From: Bdellovibrionota bacterium
GTDB lineage: Bacteria; Bdellovibrionota_C; UBA2361; JBIKWN01
DNA length: 19,350 bases
Assembly: GCA_044356295.1 (NCBI GenBank)
Contig: JBIKWN010000050.1
Location: forward strand, 1-19,350
Reading direction: 5' to 3'
Under the pieces are notes generated by a model, which saw only the letters and a list, made by a program, of their open reading frames with translations, was not told the origin of the DNA and searched no databases. Position numbers and translations under genes: made by a program. Shown here in pieces: positions 1 through 7,980 of the stretch (position 1 is the stretch's first letter; every line of letters begins with the position of its first letter).

Positions 1-1
1 A

Positions 2-388
2 AAAAATATCTTTAAAAGAATCGGATGTGACGGATGTCACACTATGACTTTAACGACGTCTTCCACAGTTGATCCAGAGCTTCATAATCAAACCATTCAC
101 CCTTTCACGGATCTACTACTACACGATATGGGGAAAGATTTAGCTGATACCCTTCCTATGTATAGAGCGCGAGCTAATGAATGGCGAACTGCTCCCCTTT
201 GGGGACTTGGTTTCTCACTTGATATTGCCGAAGGTGGCCGTGTTGGATTTCTGCACGATGGAAGAGCTCGCACTATTGAAGAGGCGATCTTATGGCACGG
301 CGGTGAATCAGAAAGAAGTAAGAAAAGGTTTCTGCGGTTAAAAGCAAAAGAAAGACAAGATCTATTGCTGTTTTTAGATTCGCTTTAA
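2..388 (+). CDS. Di-haem oxidoreductase / putative peroxidase (DHOR family), C-terminal part; 5' end lies outside the window
   Basis: The frame is open from position 2 (KNIFKRIGCDGCHTM...). CxxCH haem motif at 26-40, followed by the family motifs PFTDLLLHDMG, WRTAPLWGLG and FLHDGRARTIEEAILWHGGE. The ORF-track start at 44 is internal. Confidence 0.88.
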   Translation, partial: KNIFKRIGCDGCHTMTLTTSSTVDPELHNQTIHPFTDLLLHDMGKDLADTLPMYRARANEWRTAPLWGLGFSLDIAEGGRVGFLHDGRARTIEEAILWHGGESERSKKRFLRLKAKERQDLLLFLDSL

Positions 389-399
389 ATTTTGAAACG

Positions 400-1320
400 T
401 TACTTTTGAATTCCAGCTTGTTGATGAATGTTTTCAAATTGTATGGCTGCATCAAGAAGCCCTTTCGATAACCCTTCATTCATAAAAACTTGCCCAGGCT
501 CCCAAGGAAGCGAAATCCGATTTGCACGCTGTGACAACTCGCGTAATGCTGTAGCACGTTCTTGCAAAGTCGCGCACGAAATACCTTCATGCTGGAATAA
601 TGCAAAAATAGTATCCAGATTTATATACTTCGCACATACCTTAGCCTGTTCGTCGACTGATGCATTATTCACCCGCGATAAAGAATCAGGATTTTCAAAG
701 AAAACACCAAGCACTTCATGAATATGTTTTGCTTTTTTACCGGCAAGATTAAATCGAAAGTTAAATTCCCAATCTCCTGCGGCTCTATATGCTGAATCAA
801 AGAAACCTACTTGATCGTGAATGCCTCGTTTCCACATGGGTTGGCATCCGAATTGATAATGAAATAAAACATCGCTGTGTCGAAACGGGGCATAACAATA
901 TCGTTTTTCTTGTTTTGATTGGTCAAATGTTGCATTTGCTTGGTGTGAACAGAAGACATCTGCGTATACTAGATCAATCTCACTGTTTTTCTCTAAATAA
1001 TCGGCATGTATTTCAAACGCATCGGCACAATGTCTATCATCAACATTGGCATTTGTTACAAATGAACAGGAGGCTTCCTGAACTCCCCTATTCCATGCAC
1101 CGTATAATGTCTCACGCTGTTCGGTTCTGATATATTTTATATTTCTATGATTTATTAAAAATTTCGAAACAATCTCTTTTTCATTTTCTTCAGAAGCGCT
1201 GTCGATGATGATGATTTCTAATCCACCTTGCTTATAAAGCGTTTGCTCAAGCAGATCATGTAAACATCCCTCAATGAATCTTGACCCGTTATACACTGAT
1301 ACAATCGCTGAGACTTTCAT
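400..1320 (-). CDS. Glycosyltransferase family 2 (GT-A fold)
   Basis: N-terminal KVSAIVSVYN, IIIIDSAS, AWNRG, NANVDD (DxD-like) and AAGDWEFNFR. The start overlaps the upstream GT4 stop (ATGA, 1317-1320), which suggests translational coupling. Confidence 0.88.
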   Translation of the reverse strand: MKVSAIVSVYNGSRFIEGCLHDLLEQTLYKQGGLEIIIIDSASEENEKEIVSKFLINHRNIKYIRTEQRETLYGAWNRGVQEASCSFVTNANVDDRHCADAFEIHADYLEKNSEIDLVYADVFCSHQANATFDQSKQEKRYCYAPFRHSDVLFHYQFGCQPMWKRGIHDQVGFFDSAYRAAGDWEFNFRFNLAGKKAKHIHEVLGVFFENPDSLSRVNNASVDEQAKVCAKYINLDTIFALFQHEGISCATLQERATALRELSQRANRISLPWEPGQVFMNEGLSKGLLDAAIQFENIHQQAGIQK

Positions 1321-2474
1321 CTGAGAATATCAATAGCTCTAGGAGCTTGTCCTTTTAGGAATTCTATATCAATAATTTTTTGAACTTGTGAAGACTGATT
1401 CATCTCTGCTATTTCAGAAGTAATTTTTAAAATATCACTTGCAACAACATCCCATGTTCGACTTCTCGCTCTCGTTAAACAGTTAGATGAAAAATACTGT
1501 AATCGATCTGGATTCGATAATAATGATTTAATGCCGTGCATTAGATGATCCAGATTCTGCTCTTTGACAACGATGCCACACTCATTTTGGAATACATGTT
1601 CAGCAACACCGCCTGTATCAAATGCAACAACAGGACACCCACTTGCTTGAGCATCAACAACAGCCAAACCAGCACTTTCAAAGCTTATTGATGGAAATGC
1701 TAAAAGACCGGCAGTTCTTAAATGTGCTGCTATTTCTCGCTGTGATACTTTTCCATGAAAATGAATCTGAGGTTCTTCACGTTCCAGCTTCTCTTTTACT
1801 CTCTTCATTTCGGACCAGCTGGTATAATCACCAAAAAATGATAGTTGCACTTTAGGGAAATGTTTTTTTAGGTATGGAAATCCGTCGATTAAAAGGTGTG
1901 CACCTTTCCATGAATCAACACGACCTACAAAAATAATATGCATCCAATCACGACCTTCAGGTCCAGCATACGTGAACAGTTCTGGATCAAATCCATTCCG
2001 TACGACACTTATTTTATTTTCTTGTCCACCATGATCGATAATCATTTTTTTCTGTGCTTCTGAAACACAGATCATCCGATCAATCCAAGTAAAAAGAGTA
2101 TTAGGAGTTACGCCACTCGCATTACAAGACGGGGCATGATTGATAAGAATTTTTGAAAGACAATTTTTATGATCGCTTAAAAACAAAAATGGAAGTCCAA
2201 GTGTTGCTGCTATAGAATGATACGATCCGATATCTCGGAGCCTTAACTCTATTGTCTTAAGAGAATAACTGCTGCCAAAATTCCAAAATTCAATACCATG
2301 AGCTTCAGTCTCACCTTCTGGAAGGTTCGCACATGCAATAACACGGTGACCTTTTTTTCTGATCGATTTTGCCAAACCTAGTGTTGCGGACTCTCCTCCA
2401 CCTGCGTTGACTCCAGATGGATGAACTTCCATGTCGTTAAAGAAGATAACAACTGTTTTTAATTCGTTTGACAC
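1317..2474 (-). CDS. Glycosyltransferase family 4 (GT-B fold)
   Basis: GGGE N-terminal loop, VVRNGFD, IFVGRVDSWKG, and ESAGLAVVDAQASGCPVVAFDTGG (the E-x7-E motif appears as E-x7-D). Start uncertain: GTG 2474 chosen because it directly precedes the first beta strand KTVVIFF; the ORF track gives TTG 2516. Confidence 0.85.
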   Translation of the reverse strand: MSNELKTVVIFFNDMEVHPSGVNAGGGESATLGLAKSIRKKGHRVIACANLPEGETEAHGIEFWNFGSSYSLKTIELRLRDIGSYHSIAATLGLPFLFLSDHKNCLSKILINHAPSCNASGVTPNTLFTWIDRMICVSEAQKKMIIDHGGQENKISVVRNGFDPELFTYAGPEGRDWMHIIFVGRVDSWKGAHLLIDGFPYLKKHFPKVQLSFFGDYTSWSEMKRVKEKLEREEPQIHFHGKVSQREIAAHLRTAGLLAFPSISFESAGLAVVDAQASGCPVVAFDTGGVAEHVFQNECGIVVKEQNLDHLMHGIKSLLSNPDRLQYFSSNCLTRARSRTWDVVASDILKITSEIAEMNQSSQVQKIIDIEFLKGQAPRAIDILR

Positions 2475-2622
2475 TCTTATCGATTGAACAAAAGTTAAAA
2501 GATTTAGATGCAGCAAAACTCATCTAGATGCATAATAAATTCAAATAGTTACGCTCAAGTAACTGTTATTATAAAGGAATACTTTTAACTCTTATGCTCG
2601 ATACTGTAGAAAGGAGCAAGAT

Positions 2623-3141
2623 CTAAATTAATTTCTTGTGAATCGCATCCTTAATACCCGCTGGAACAAAACGAGAAATATCTCCTCGAAGAAGGGCAAC
2701 TTGTTTCACAACACTTGAACTTATATATGAGTTCTCTTCACGAGCAATCAGAAATACGGTCTCAAGATCTCTATAAAGACTCTTATTCATTAAAGCCATC
2801 TGCGCTTCATAATCGTAATCGCTAATTGCTCTAAGGCCCCTAACAACAATGTGGCAATCAATTTCTTTAGCAAAATCAACGAGAAGCCCTGAAAAAGACC
2901 TAACAGTTACACGACATTTTTTTGTATTAAAACGCTCACATTCTTTCTCTATAAGGGGAATTCGCTCAGCTACTGAAAAAAGAGGAGTTTTTTGCGAATT
3001 TTCAAGGACGGCAATCGTCAATGTATCAAACAGTGTCAGAGACCTTTCAATAATGTCAAAGTGACCGTTGGTCATTGGGTCAAAACTGCCGGGAAAGATC
3101 GCTCTCGAAGATGAGTTGTCTGAACTTGCTTTGGACTCCAT
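2623..3141 (-). CDS. coaD: Phosphopantetheine adenylyltransferase
   Basis: AIFPGSFDPMTNGH, SGLLVDFA, VRGLRAISDYDYEAQMALMN and ISSSVVK. ATG 3141 is preferred over 3189 because an SD-like AAGGT lies about 10 nt upstream. Confidence 0.96.
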   Translation of the reverse strand: MESKASSDNSSSRAIFPGSFDPMTNGHFDIIERSLTLFDTLTIAVLENSQKTPLFSVAERIPLIEKECERFNTKKCRVTVRSFSGLLVDFAKEIDCHIVVRGLRAISDYDYEAQMALMNKSLYRDLETVFLIAREENSYISSSVVKQVALLRGDISRFVPAGIKDAIHKKLI

Positions 3142-3253
3142 ACTATTGGGCACCTTAAAAAAGTAGCTTGATGAACCCCCTTGCAACATTTTGCAAAAAA
3201 AGGTTTTCGAGCTGATTTAACCTCATACGGATAGGAGTAGTAAATAAAGAATC

Positions 3254-3523
3254 ATGGATATTTCCCAAATTGCAGCAAAACAAAAAAGATATCGAGAATG
3301 GAAGGAATTCCTTTTCAACCCATCAATTCCATTACAGGTTAAAGACCAGCTAGAATCTACTGTTGGTCACTATGGAAGTATGATAGTTAAAATTTGGGAT
3401 GACGGGGCGAGCTCACCACACCTGATTGCTGAACTTGAAGATATAGAGAGACAGCTTGAAATGTTGAACGATTCAGTCAGATTACAAGGCGCACAAACCA
3501 TGTCGCGAGAATTTAATAAGTAA
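3254..3523 (+). CDS. Hypothetical protein, 89 aa, predicted helical/coiled-coil
   Basis: ATG-started ORF filling the gap divergent from coaD and ending 14 nt before the next CDS. Amphipathic heptads (LIAELEDIERQLEMLNDSVR). No family recognised. Confidence 0.7.
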   Translation: MDISQIAAKQKRYREWKEFLFNPSIPLQVKDQLESTVGHYGSMIVKIWDDGASSPHLIAELEDIERQLEMLNDSVRLQGAQTMSREFNK

Positions 3524-3537
3524 TTTCATTTTACCTA

Positions 3538-4782
3538 GTGGATATAACACTTCTCGACCAAACATTATTAGTGCAAATCACTACGTGCTTTGTTGCAGGT
3601 CTTCTTAGTGCTCTTACACCGTGTGTCTATCCACTCATTCCAGTAACGATATCAATTTTTACTTCCGAATGTCCTGAATCAAGAGCACACCAATTTGCTC
3701 GGTCGTGCTGCTTTGCATTAGGTATATGTTTTATCTATACGATCCTTGGATTGCTTGCTGCAAATGCAGGTATTTTTTTTGGAAGTTACTTGGGAGGAAA
3801 TTGGTTTATCTTTATTGTGTCACTACTGCTTGGATCAATGGTTTTGTCACATCTTGGTATTGTCCATTTTCCATTCTTTTCTACATTACAATGTCTTGGA
3901 AATAAGATTTGTGGTGAAGGATGTTTTGGAGCATTTCTTTTAGGCACGGGGAGTGGATTAATAGCAGCGCCATGCGTTGGACCAATTTTAGCAACTATCT
4001 TAGTTATTGCTGCCAGTCATCAAAATTCAATTCTCGGTGGTATACTCCTTTTCATATATTCGCTTGGTTTAAGCATCCCATTTCTTTTACTTGGAACTTT
4101 TTCTGGACTCCTGTCTCGACTTCCTAAAAGTGGGTATTGGCTCAACTGGGTAAAATTTATTACTGCTTCAGGTATTTTATTAACAATCGCTTATTTTCAT
4201 CGTTCAAAACTCGATCATCTTTTTTCTGAAATACCTTTATACCGTTATCCACTTGCACTTGGTGGTATATTTGCTTTTGGAATTCTCTTTGCACGAATAG
4301 GAATCTACAGACATCTACCTTTTATCAAACTATTCGGAGCACTTCTTTGCTCGGTGGTAATATATAACTTTACAATATTTACGCTTCAAGAATCTAATCA
4401 TAACAATAATCTTGTATGGCATTCATCAATCGAGGATGCTTTTAAAAACGAACATTCCGATATCGTCTTAGTTGATTCCTTTGCGACATGGTGCTCAACG
4501 TGTAAACAACTCGAAGAAGAAACTTTTCAAAACCCACAGATTCAACCTCTTCTTCAATCACTTACAAAGGTAAAAATTGACTTTAGTGATTATGATTCGA
4601 CTGCAACGGCTTTTTCCAAAAAATTTAATGTTCAAGGAATTCCTACTATTATTTTCCTCGATCAAAATGGTTCTGAAATAGCAGGCACTCGTATCAATGG
4701 ATTTATATCTGCTGCTGCACTAGAGAGCCATCTCAGTTTGATTGCAACAAAAGCCAAAGAGCTCCAGCAAAAAAAAGAATAA
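3538..4782 (+). CDS. Cytochrome c biogenesis CcdA/DsbD transmembrane domain fused to a C-terminal thioredoxin (DsbD-like, no N-terminal alpha domain)
   Basis: Redox Cys motifs LTPCVYPLIP and AAPCVGPIL, LPKSGYWLNWVK, about 8 hydrophobic segments, and a thioredoxin domain with FATWCSTCK and VQGIPTIIF. GTG start. Confidence 0.9.
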   Translation: MDITLLDQTLLVQITTCFVAGLLSALTPCVYPLIPVTISIFTSECPESRAHQFARSCCFALGICFIYTILGLLAANAGIFFGSYLGGNWFIFIVSLLLGSMVLSHLGIVHFPFFSTLQCLGNKICGEGCFGAFLLGTGSGLIAAPCVGPILATILVIAASHQNSILGGILLFIYSLGLSIPFLLLGTFSGLLSRLPKSGYWLNWVKFITASGILLTIAYFHRSKLDHLFSEIPLYRYPLALGGIFAFGILFARIGIYRHLPFIKLFGALLCSVVIYNFTIFTLQESNHNNNLVWHSSIEDAFKNEHSDIVLVDSFATWCSTCKQLEEETFQNPQIQPLLQSLTKVKIDFSDYDSTATAFSKKFNVQGIPTIIFLDQNGSEIAGTRINGFISAAALESHLSLIATKAKELQQKKE

Positions 4783-5842
4783 CTCCAAATAGAAAAATCC
4801 AAGAAGTCCCACCGTCAAGTCTTGTGAGTGGCTTTATATCCCCAAACGACATCCTTGCTGTACCTACTGAGTCTTCTGATGTTTCTTTTTGTTCGGTTGC
4901 ATCAGAGGTATTTCCAACTGATTGATAGATATGGCTTTCAGTGTCTCCACCAGGTCGATAACGATATCCCCTTCTTGCCACGTCACCATCTGACGGATTT
5001 TTTACACCGAGTGCATCAGAGATAATCAGGATCATTGAAACTGCTTGACGAAATCTGTCTTTTTTATCTTTTGAAAAAGCTTTTTCAAATGCGGCTTCTA
5101 CAGGAAGTGGTAAATCAGGAATAAAATCACTAATCAATGCTCGACTACCTTTAAGGATTTGTTTCGCAACAATGGTGAAATCATCTCCAGAAAATGGTCG
5201 ATGTCCAGTAAGCCCTTCAAACGCAACAACAGCTAAACTAAAAATATCAGATCGGTTATCTAACTCTTCGTTTAAAATCTGCTCAGGTGACATATAAGCA
5301 GGAGATCCCATAATTGGGCTGTTCTCATCAAAGTGTCCTGTCCCTGAAACTGTTGCAACACCGAAATCAAGTATGTACGCCTGACCATCATTAGAGACTA
5401 AAATATTACTCGGTTTAATATCGCGGTGGATTATCCCTTTACTATGCGCATAATCGAGGGCGACTGCGACTTGGAAAAGATAGTATAAAATATCATAGGG
5501 ATCACACTTCCTGCCGGTTATCGTTTGATCTTCGATGATCTTATCAAGCCCGACACCTTCGATATAATCCATAACAAGGTATGGGGGTTTATGCTCAACA
5601 TTTACATCAAAGATAGTAACAATATTTGGATGTCTCAAATTGCCAGCGGCGCGTGCTTCAATTTTAAATCGATCGAGACAAGATTTTTCATCCATATAGG
5701 GTGACGAACCAATCACCGTAATGACCTTCACTGCAACAGTTCTGCCTATTTCAGGATCAGATGCTTTGTACACCGTGCCCATCGAGCCGGTTCCAAGGAT
5801 ACCTTCAATATTATATTTGCCGAGTTTGGTGGGTTGATTCAC
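4733..5842 (-). CDS. Hanks-type serine/threonine protein kinase with a C-terminal membrane anchor
   Basis: LGTGSMGTVYKA, VAVK, HPNIV, HRDIKPSNIL, DFG, GSPAYMSPEQ and DIFSLAVV. C-terminal hydrophobic helix WIFLFGVILFFAGALWLLL. Confidence 0.94.
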   Translation of the reverse strand: MNQPTKLGKYNIEGILGTGSMGTVYKASDPEIGRTVAVKVITVIGSSPYMDEKSCLDRFKIEARAAGNLRHPNIVTIFDVNVEHKPPYLVMDYIEGVGLDKIIEDQTITGRKCDPYDILYYLFQVAVALDYAHSKGIIHRDIKPSNILVSNDGQAYILDFGVATVSGTGHFDENSPIMGSPAYMSPEQILNEELDNRSDIFSLAVVAFEGLTGHRPFSGDDFTIVAKQILKGSRALISDFIPDLPLPVEAAFEKAFSKDKKDRFRQAVSMILIISDALGVKNPSDGDVARRGYRYRPGGDTESHIYQSVGNTSDATEQKETSEDSVGTARMSFGDIKPLTRLDGGTSWIFLFGVILFFAGALWLLLQSN

Positions 5843-5942
5843 AAGTTGATATCCTAATGAATAATCACAAAGAAAGGGAGAGCTAATATCTATATCAGTT
5901 TCTGCCTGTTTTTTTGAATATTTGTAATAAAAATAGAGTTTC

Positions 5943-6077
5943 CCGTGACCGTGACCTTAGGCGTGAGCGTGACCGAATACAACCGATTATTGATTCAGGA
6001 TGAGGAATAAACAAAAGCATAAATTCTAATGTTCGCTAATTTTTTGGTCACGCTCACGCCCAAGGTCAGGGTCACGG
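5943..6077. repeat. Inverted-repeat element: 32-bp arms (30/32 identical) made of hexamer units, with a 71-bp AT-rich spacer
   Basis: Left arm 5943-5974 is CCGTGACCGTGACCTTAGGCGTGAGCGTGACC. The reverse complement of the right arm 6046-6077 is CCGTGACCCTGACCTTGGGCGTGAGCGTGACC. Confidence 0.95.
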
Positions 6078-6172
6078 AGGATTACTTTTCCACTAAAATG
6101 GGCGAAGAGTAAAAAATACAATGAAAGTTCACTTAATTGCGATTTAGTTATAACATGGAGGGACTTATAACT

Positions 6173-6526
6173 ATGAAAGTCCCATCAGCTATCAAAAGAG
6201 ACCCAAAAAAGGGCCTATTTATTACTTGGAATTCAGGCGAGAGTTCTTTAATTTCAAGAGATACCCTACGGCGAGAATGTCCATGCGCTGAGTGTAAAAT
6301 GAAGCGTGGCGAAGATTCACACTCGACTCCCCTTACCCCAAAAAAATCTTTACTAAAAATTGTAGAGCATTCAACAGAAGAATCATTAACCATTGAACAG
6401 ATCTGGATGGTTGGAAACTATGCACTCGGCGTGAAATGGGCAGATAATCATGATAGTGGGATCTATACTTTTGATTATCTTGCATCCTTACCGACTGAGA
6501 CGCTTATGGATCAGAAATCAGCATAG
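6173..6526 (+). CDS. DUF971 / gamma-butyrobetaine hydroxylase-like N-terminal domain protein
   Basis: LRRECPCAEC and VGNYALGVKWADNHDSGIYTFDYL are the family signatures. ATG 6173 has GGAGG upstream (6157-6161); ATG 6155 is an alternative start. Confidence 0.88.
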   Translation: MKVPSAIKRDPKKGLFITWNSGESSLISRDTLRRECPCAECKMKRGEDSHSTPLTPKKSLLKIVEHSTEESLTIEQIWMVGNYALGVKWADNHDSGIYTFDYLASLPTETLMDQKSA

Positions 6527-6555
6527 TTGCTTAAAGACTCTGTTTTAGCGATAAT
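6527..6555 (+). promoter_or_regulatory. Putative sigma70 promoter of infA (TTGCTT-17-GATAAT)
   Basis: -35 at 6527-6532 and -10 at 6550-6555; the ATG at 6563 follows after 7 nt. Confidence 0.6.
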
Positions 6556-6562
6556 TTACCCA

Positions 6563-6817
6563 ATGGGCAAAGACGGAATAGAAATGAACGGTGTGATTAA
6601 AGAGTGTTTTCCAAACACTACTTTTCGTGTCGTGTGTGATAACGGACATGAATTAATCGCATACCTTGCTGGTAAAATGCGACGTTTCTATATTAGAGTT
6701 CTGCCTGGTGACAGAGTAACTGTTGAAATCTCTCCTTATGATCTTACTAAAGGACGAATCACTAAAAGAATCTCTGAGGTCAAACCTCAGGGTGATGGGA
6801 CTCCGAGCGCGTCTTAA
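6563..6817 (+). CDS. infA: Translation initiation factor IF-1
   Basis: [23 protein letters not shown]...[33 protein letters not shown] 6563 matches the usual IF-1 N-terminus; the ORF-track TTG at 6527 coincides with the predicted -35 box. Confidence 0.95.
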   Translation: MGKDGIEMNGVIKECFPNTTFRVVCDNGHELIAYLAGKMRRFYIRVLPGDRVTVEISPYDLTKGRITKRISEVKPQGDGTPSAS

Positions 6818-6929
6818 TTACAATTCACCTTACAATAAAAGCTGATTTTTTCAGCAACAATAAGTTCGAATATCCATCCTGTAAGGTTTTTGTTCTAGAA
6901 AACCAAAAGCTCAATCAAGAATTAATTCA

Positions 6930-7817
6930 TTAATCCAGATTCAGTAAAAAACCTTTATCTCGCACTGCTACAAACGGAGGAGCTACAAGGTCAACCGAAT
7001 TAAGAGTAACAGGCTTTAAAGTTTCAAGGTCTAGAAAAGCACCTCCCATTGCAGTAACGAGCGCTGCTGCATGAACAATATCCCATTCCTTAATGCCGCG
7101 AGGCTCAATATAGATATCAGCCTCACCATCTAATAAAGCACGAATTCTCTCAGGAAATTTTCTCTTGTGAACTATAGTTGGTGAATCTCCTCCAAATTTT
7201 TTAATCTGTTCCTGATAGTCAGTATTTGGGATTTCATCAAGACTTGCTTTGTATGCAACAATTTTTGGTGATGCAGTTATAGCTTGGTCATTCTTCAAGA
7301 TGAAAGTTTTGTTATTCTCTCTTCTATATACTTTACCTTCAAGACTTCCGAGGTAGGTTGTATTTGAACCTAAATAATGGACAAGACCAACCTGAGTAAC
7401 GCCGTTTACAACAAGACCAATATTTATAGAACTATTTCTCCACTTACCTTCTACAAGAGAAGCAGTATTGTCGATTGGATCAACTATCCAAACGACTTTA
7501 TTGGATAGTCGTACATCGAGTGGAGGGATATCCTCTTCTGAAATAACGGGAGCCTTCACAAGGAGGGGAAGATTTTCTTTCAAATACTCTGACACAGCAA
7601 TATCAACCGTTGTAACCCAAGAGCCATCCTCTTTTCGTGAAGCTTCATATGATTTAGATCTCAGTTCACGTCTTATAATCGACCTTACATTAGGAACTAA
7701 TGCCAGTAGAGGCTTAAGGAGCTCTTTCATTAGTATATGATTTGGATCTAATGGAGCAGCTGGAACCAAAAGTTTGATCGTAGGAGAAGCTTGCAAGTCG
7801 CGGCTAGTTTGATTCAT
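6930..7817 (-). CDS. Inositol monophosphatase superfamily protein (CysQ-like 3'(2'),5'-bisphosphate nucleotidase), divergent
   Basis: KEDGSWVTTVD, VISEE, WIVDPIDNT, INIGLV and KEWDIVHAAALVTAMGG correspond to the IMPase/CysQ motifs. Start uncertain; an internal Met30 is possible. Confidence 0.82.
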   Translation of the reverse strand: MNQTSRDLQASPTIKLLVPAAPLDPNHILMKELLKPLLALVPNVRSIIRRELRSKSYEASRKEDGSWVTTVDIAVSEYLKENLPLLVKAPVISEEDIPPLDVRLSNKVVWIVDPIDNTASLVEGKWRNSSINIGLVVNGVTQVGLVHYLGSNTTYLGSLEGKVYRRENNKTFILKNDQAITASPKIVAYKASLDEIPNTDYQEQIKKFGGDSPTIVHKRKFPERIRALLDGEADIYIEPRGIKEWDIVHAAALVTAMGGAFLDLETLKPVTLNSVDLVAPPFVAVRDKGFLLNLD

Positions 7818-7980
7818 AAGAACCTAGAGTGATGATTGAACAATTAGATAATACGTAGAAAGTTGATGCTAGCCCTTTATCCGAAAAAAATAGCAAATAA
7901 ACGACTATTTGCAAGATTCTTCTAGATGCGAGAAGCTTCGAATAAGAAATTACTACCCCATATTTATAAAGATTTACCTT

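Noticed and set aside
2505..2532. Palindrome CATCTAGATG (2521-2530) and direct repeat TAGATGCA upstream of the GT4 gene
   Set aside because: Short and compatible with chance in AT-rich DNA; no convincing second regulatory copy.
3773..3780. T8 homopolymer in the DsbD-like gene as a phase-variation tract
   Set aside because: Runs of 7-8 A/T are frequent throughout this AT-rich window, and the frame is intact.
5945..6010. 21-codon GTG ORF (VTVTLGVSVTEYNRLLIQDEE) through the left arm, and a similar 26-codon ORF on the minus strand from the right arm
   Set aside because: By-products of the stop-free hexamer repeat; no RBS and no recognisable protein features.
5943..6077. CRISPR array, attC site or rho-independent terminator interpretation of the inverted repeat
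   Set aside because: The arms are inverted rather than direct repeats with spacers, there are no cas or integrase genes, the ends lack RYYYAAC/GTTRRRY, the loop is 71 nt, and the element sits between divergent starts.
6082..6112. Stem TTACTTTTC/GAAGAGTAA next to the inverted-repeat element
   Set aside because: AT-rich, includes a G-U pair and has a large loop; too weak to call.
6128..6156. Possible promoter TTCACT-17-TAACAT for DUF971
   Set aside because: It would place the TSS downstream of the GGAGG SD-like site, so the two signals conflict and cannot be resolved from sequence.
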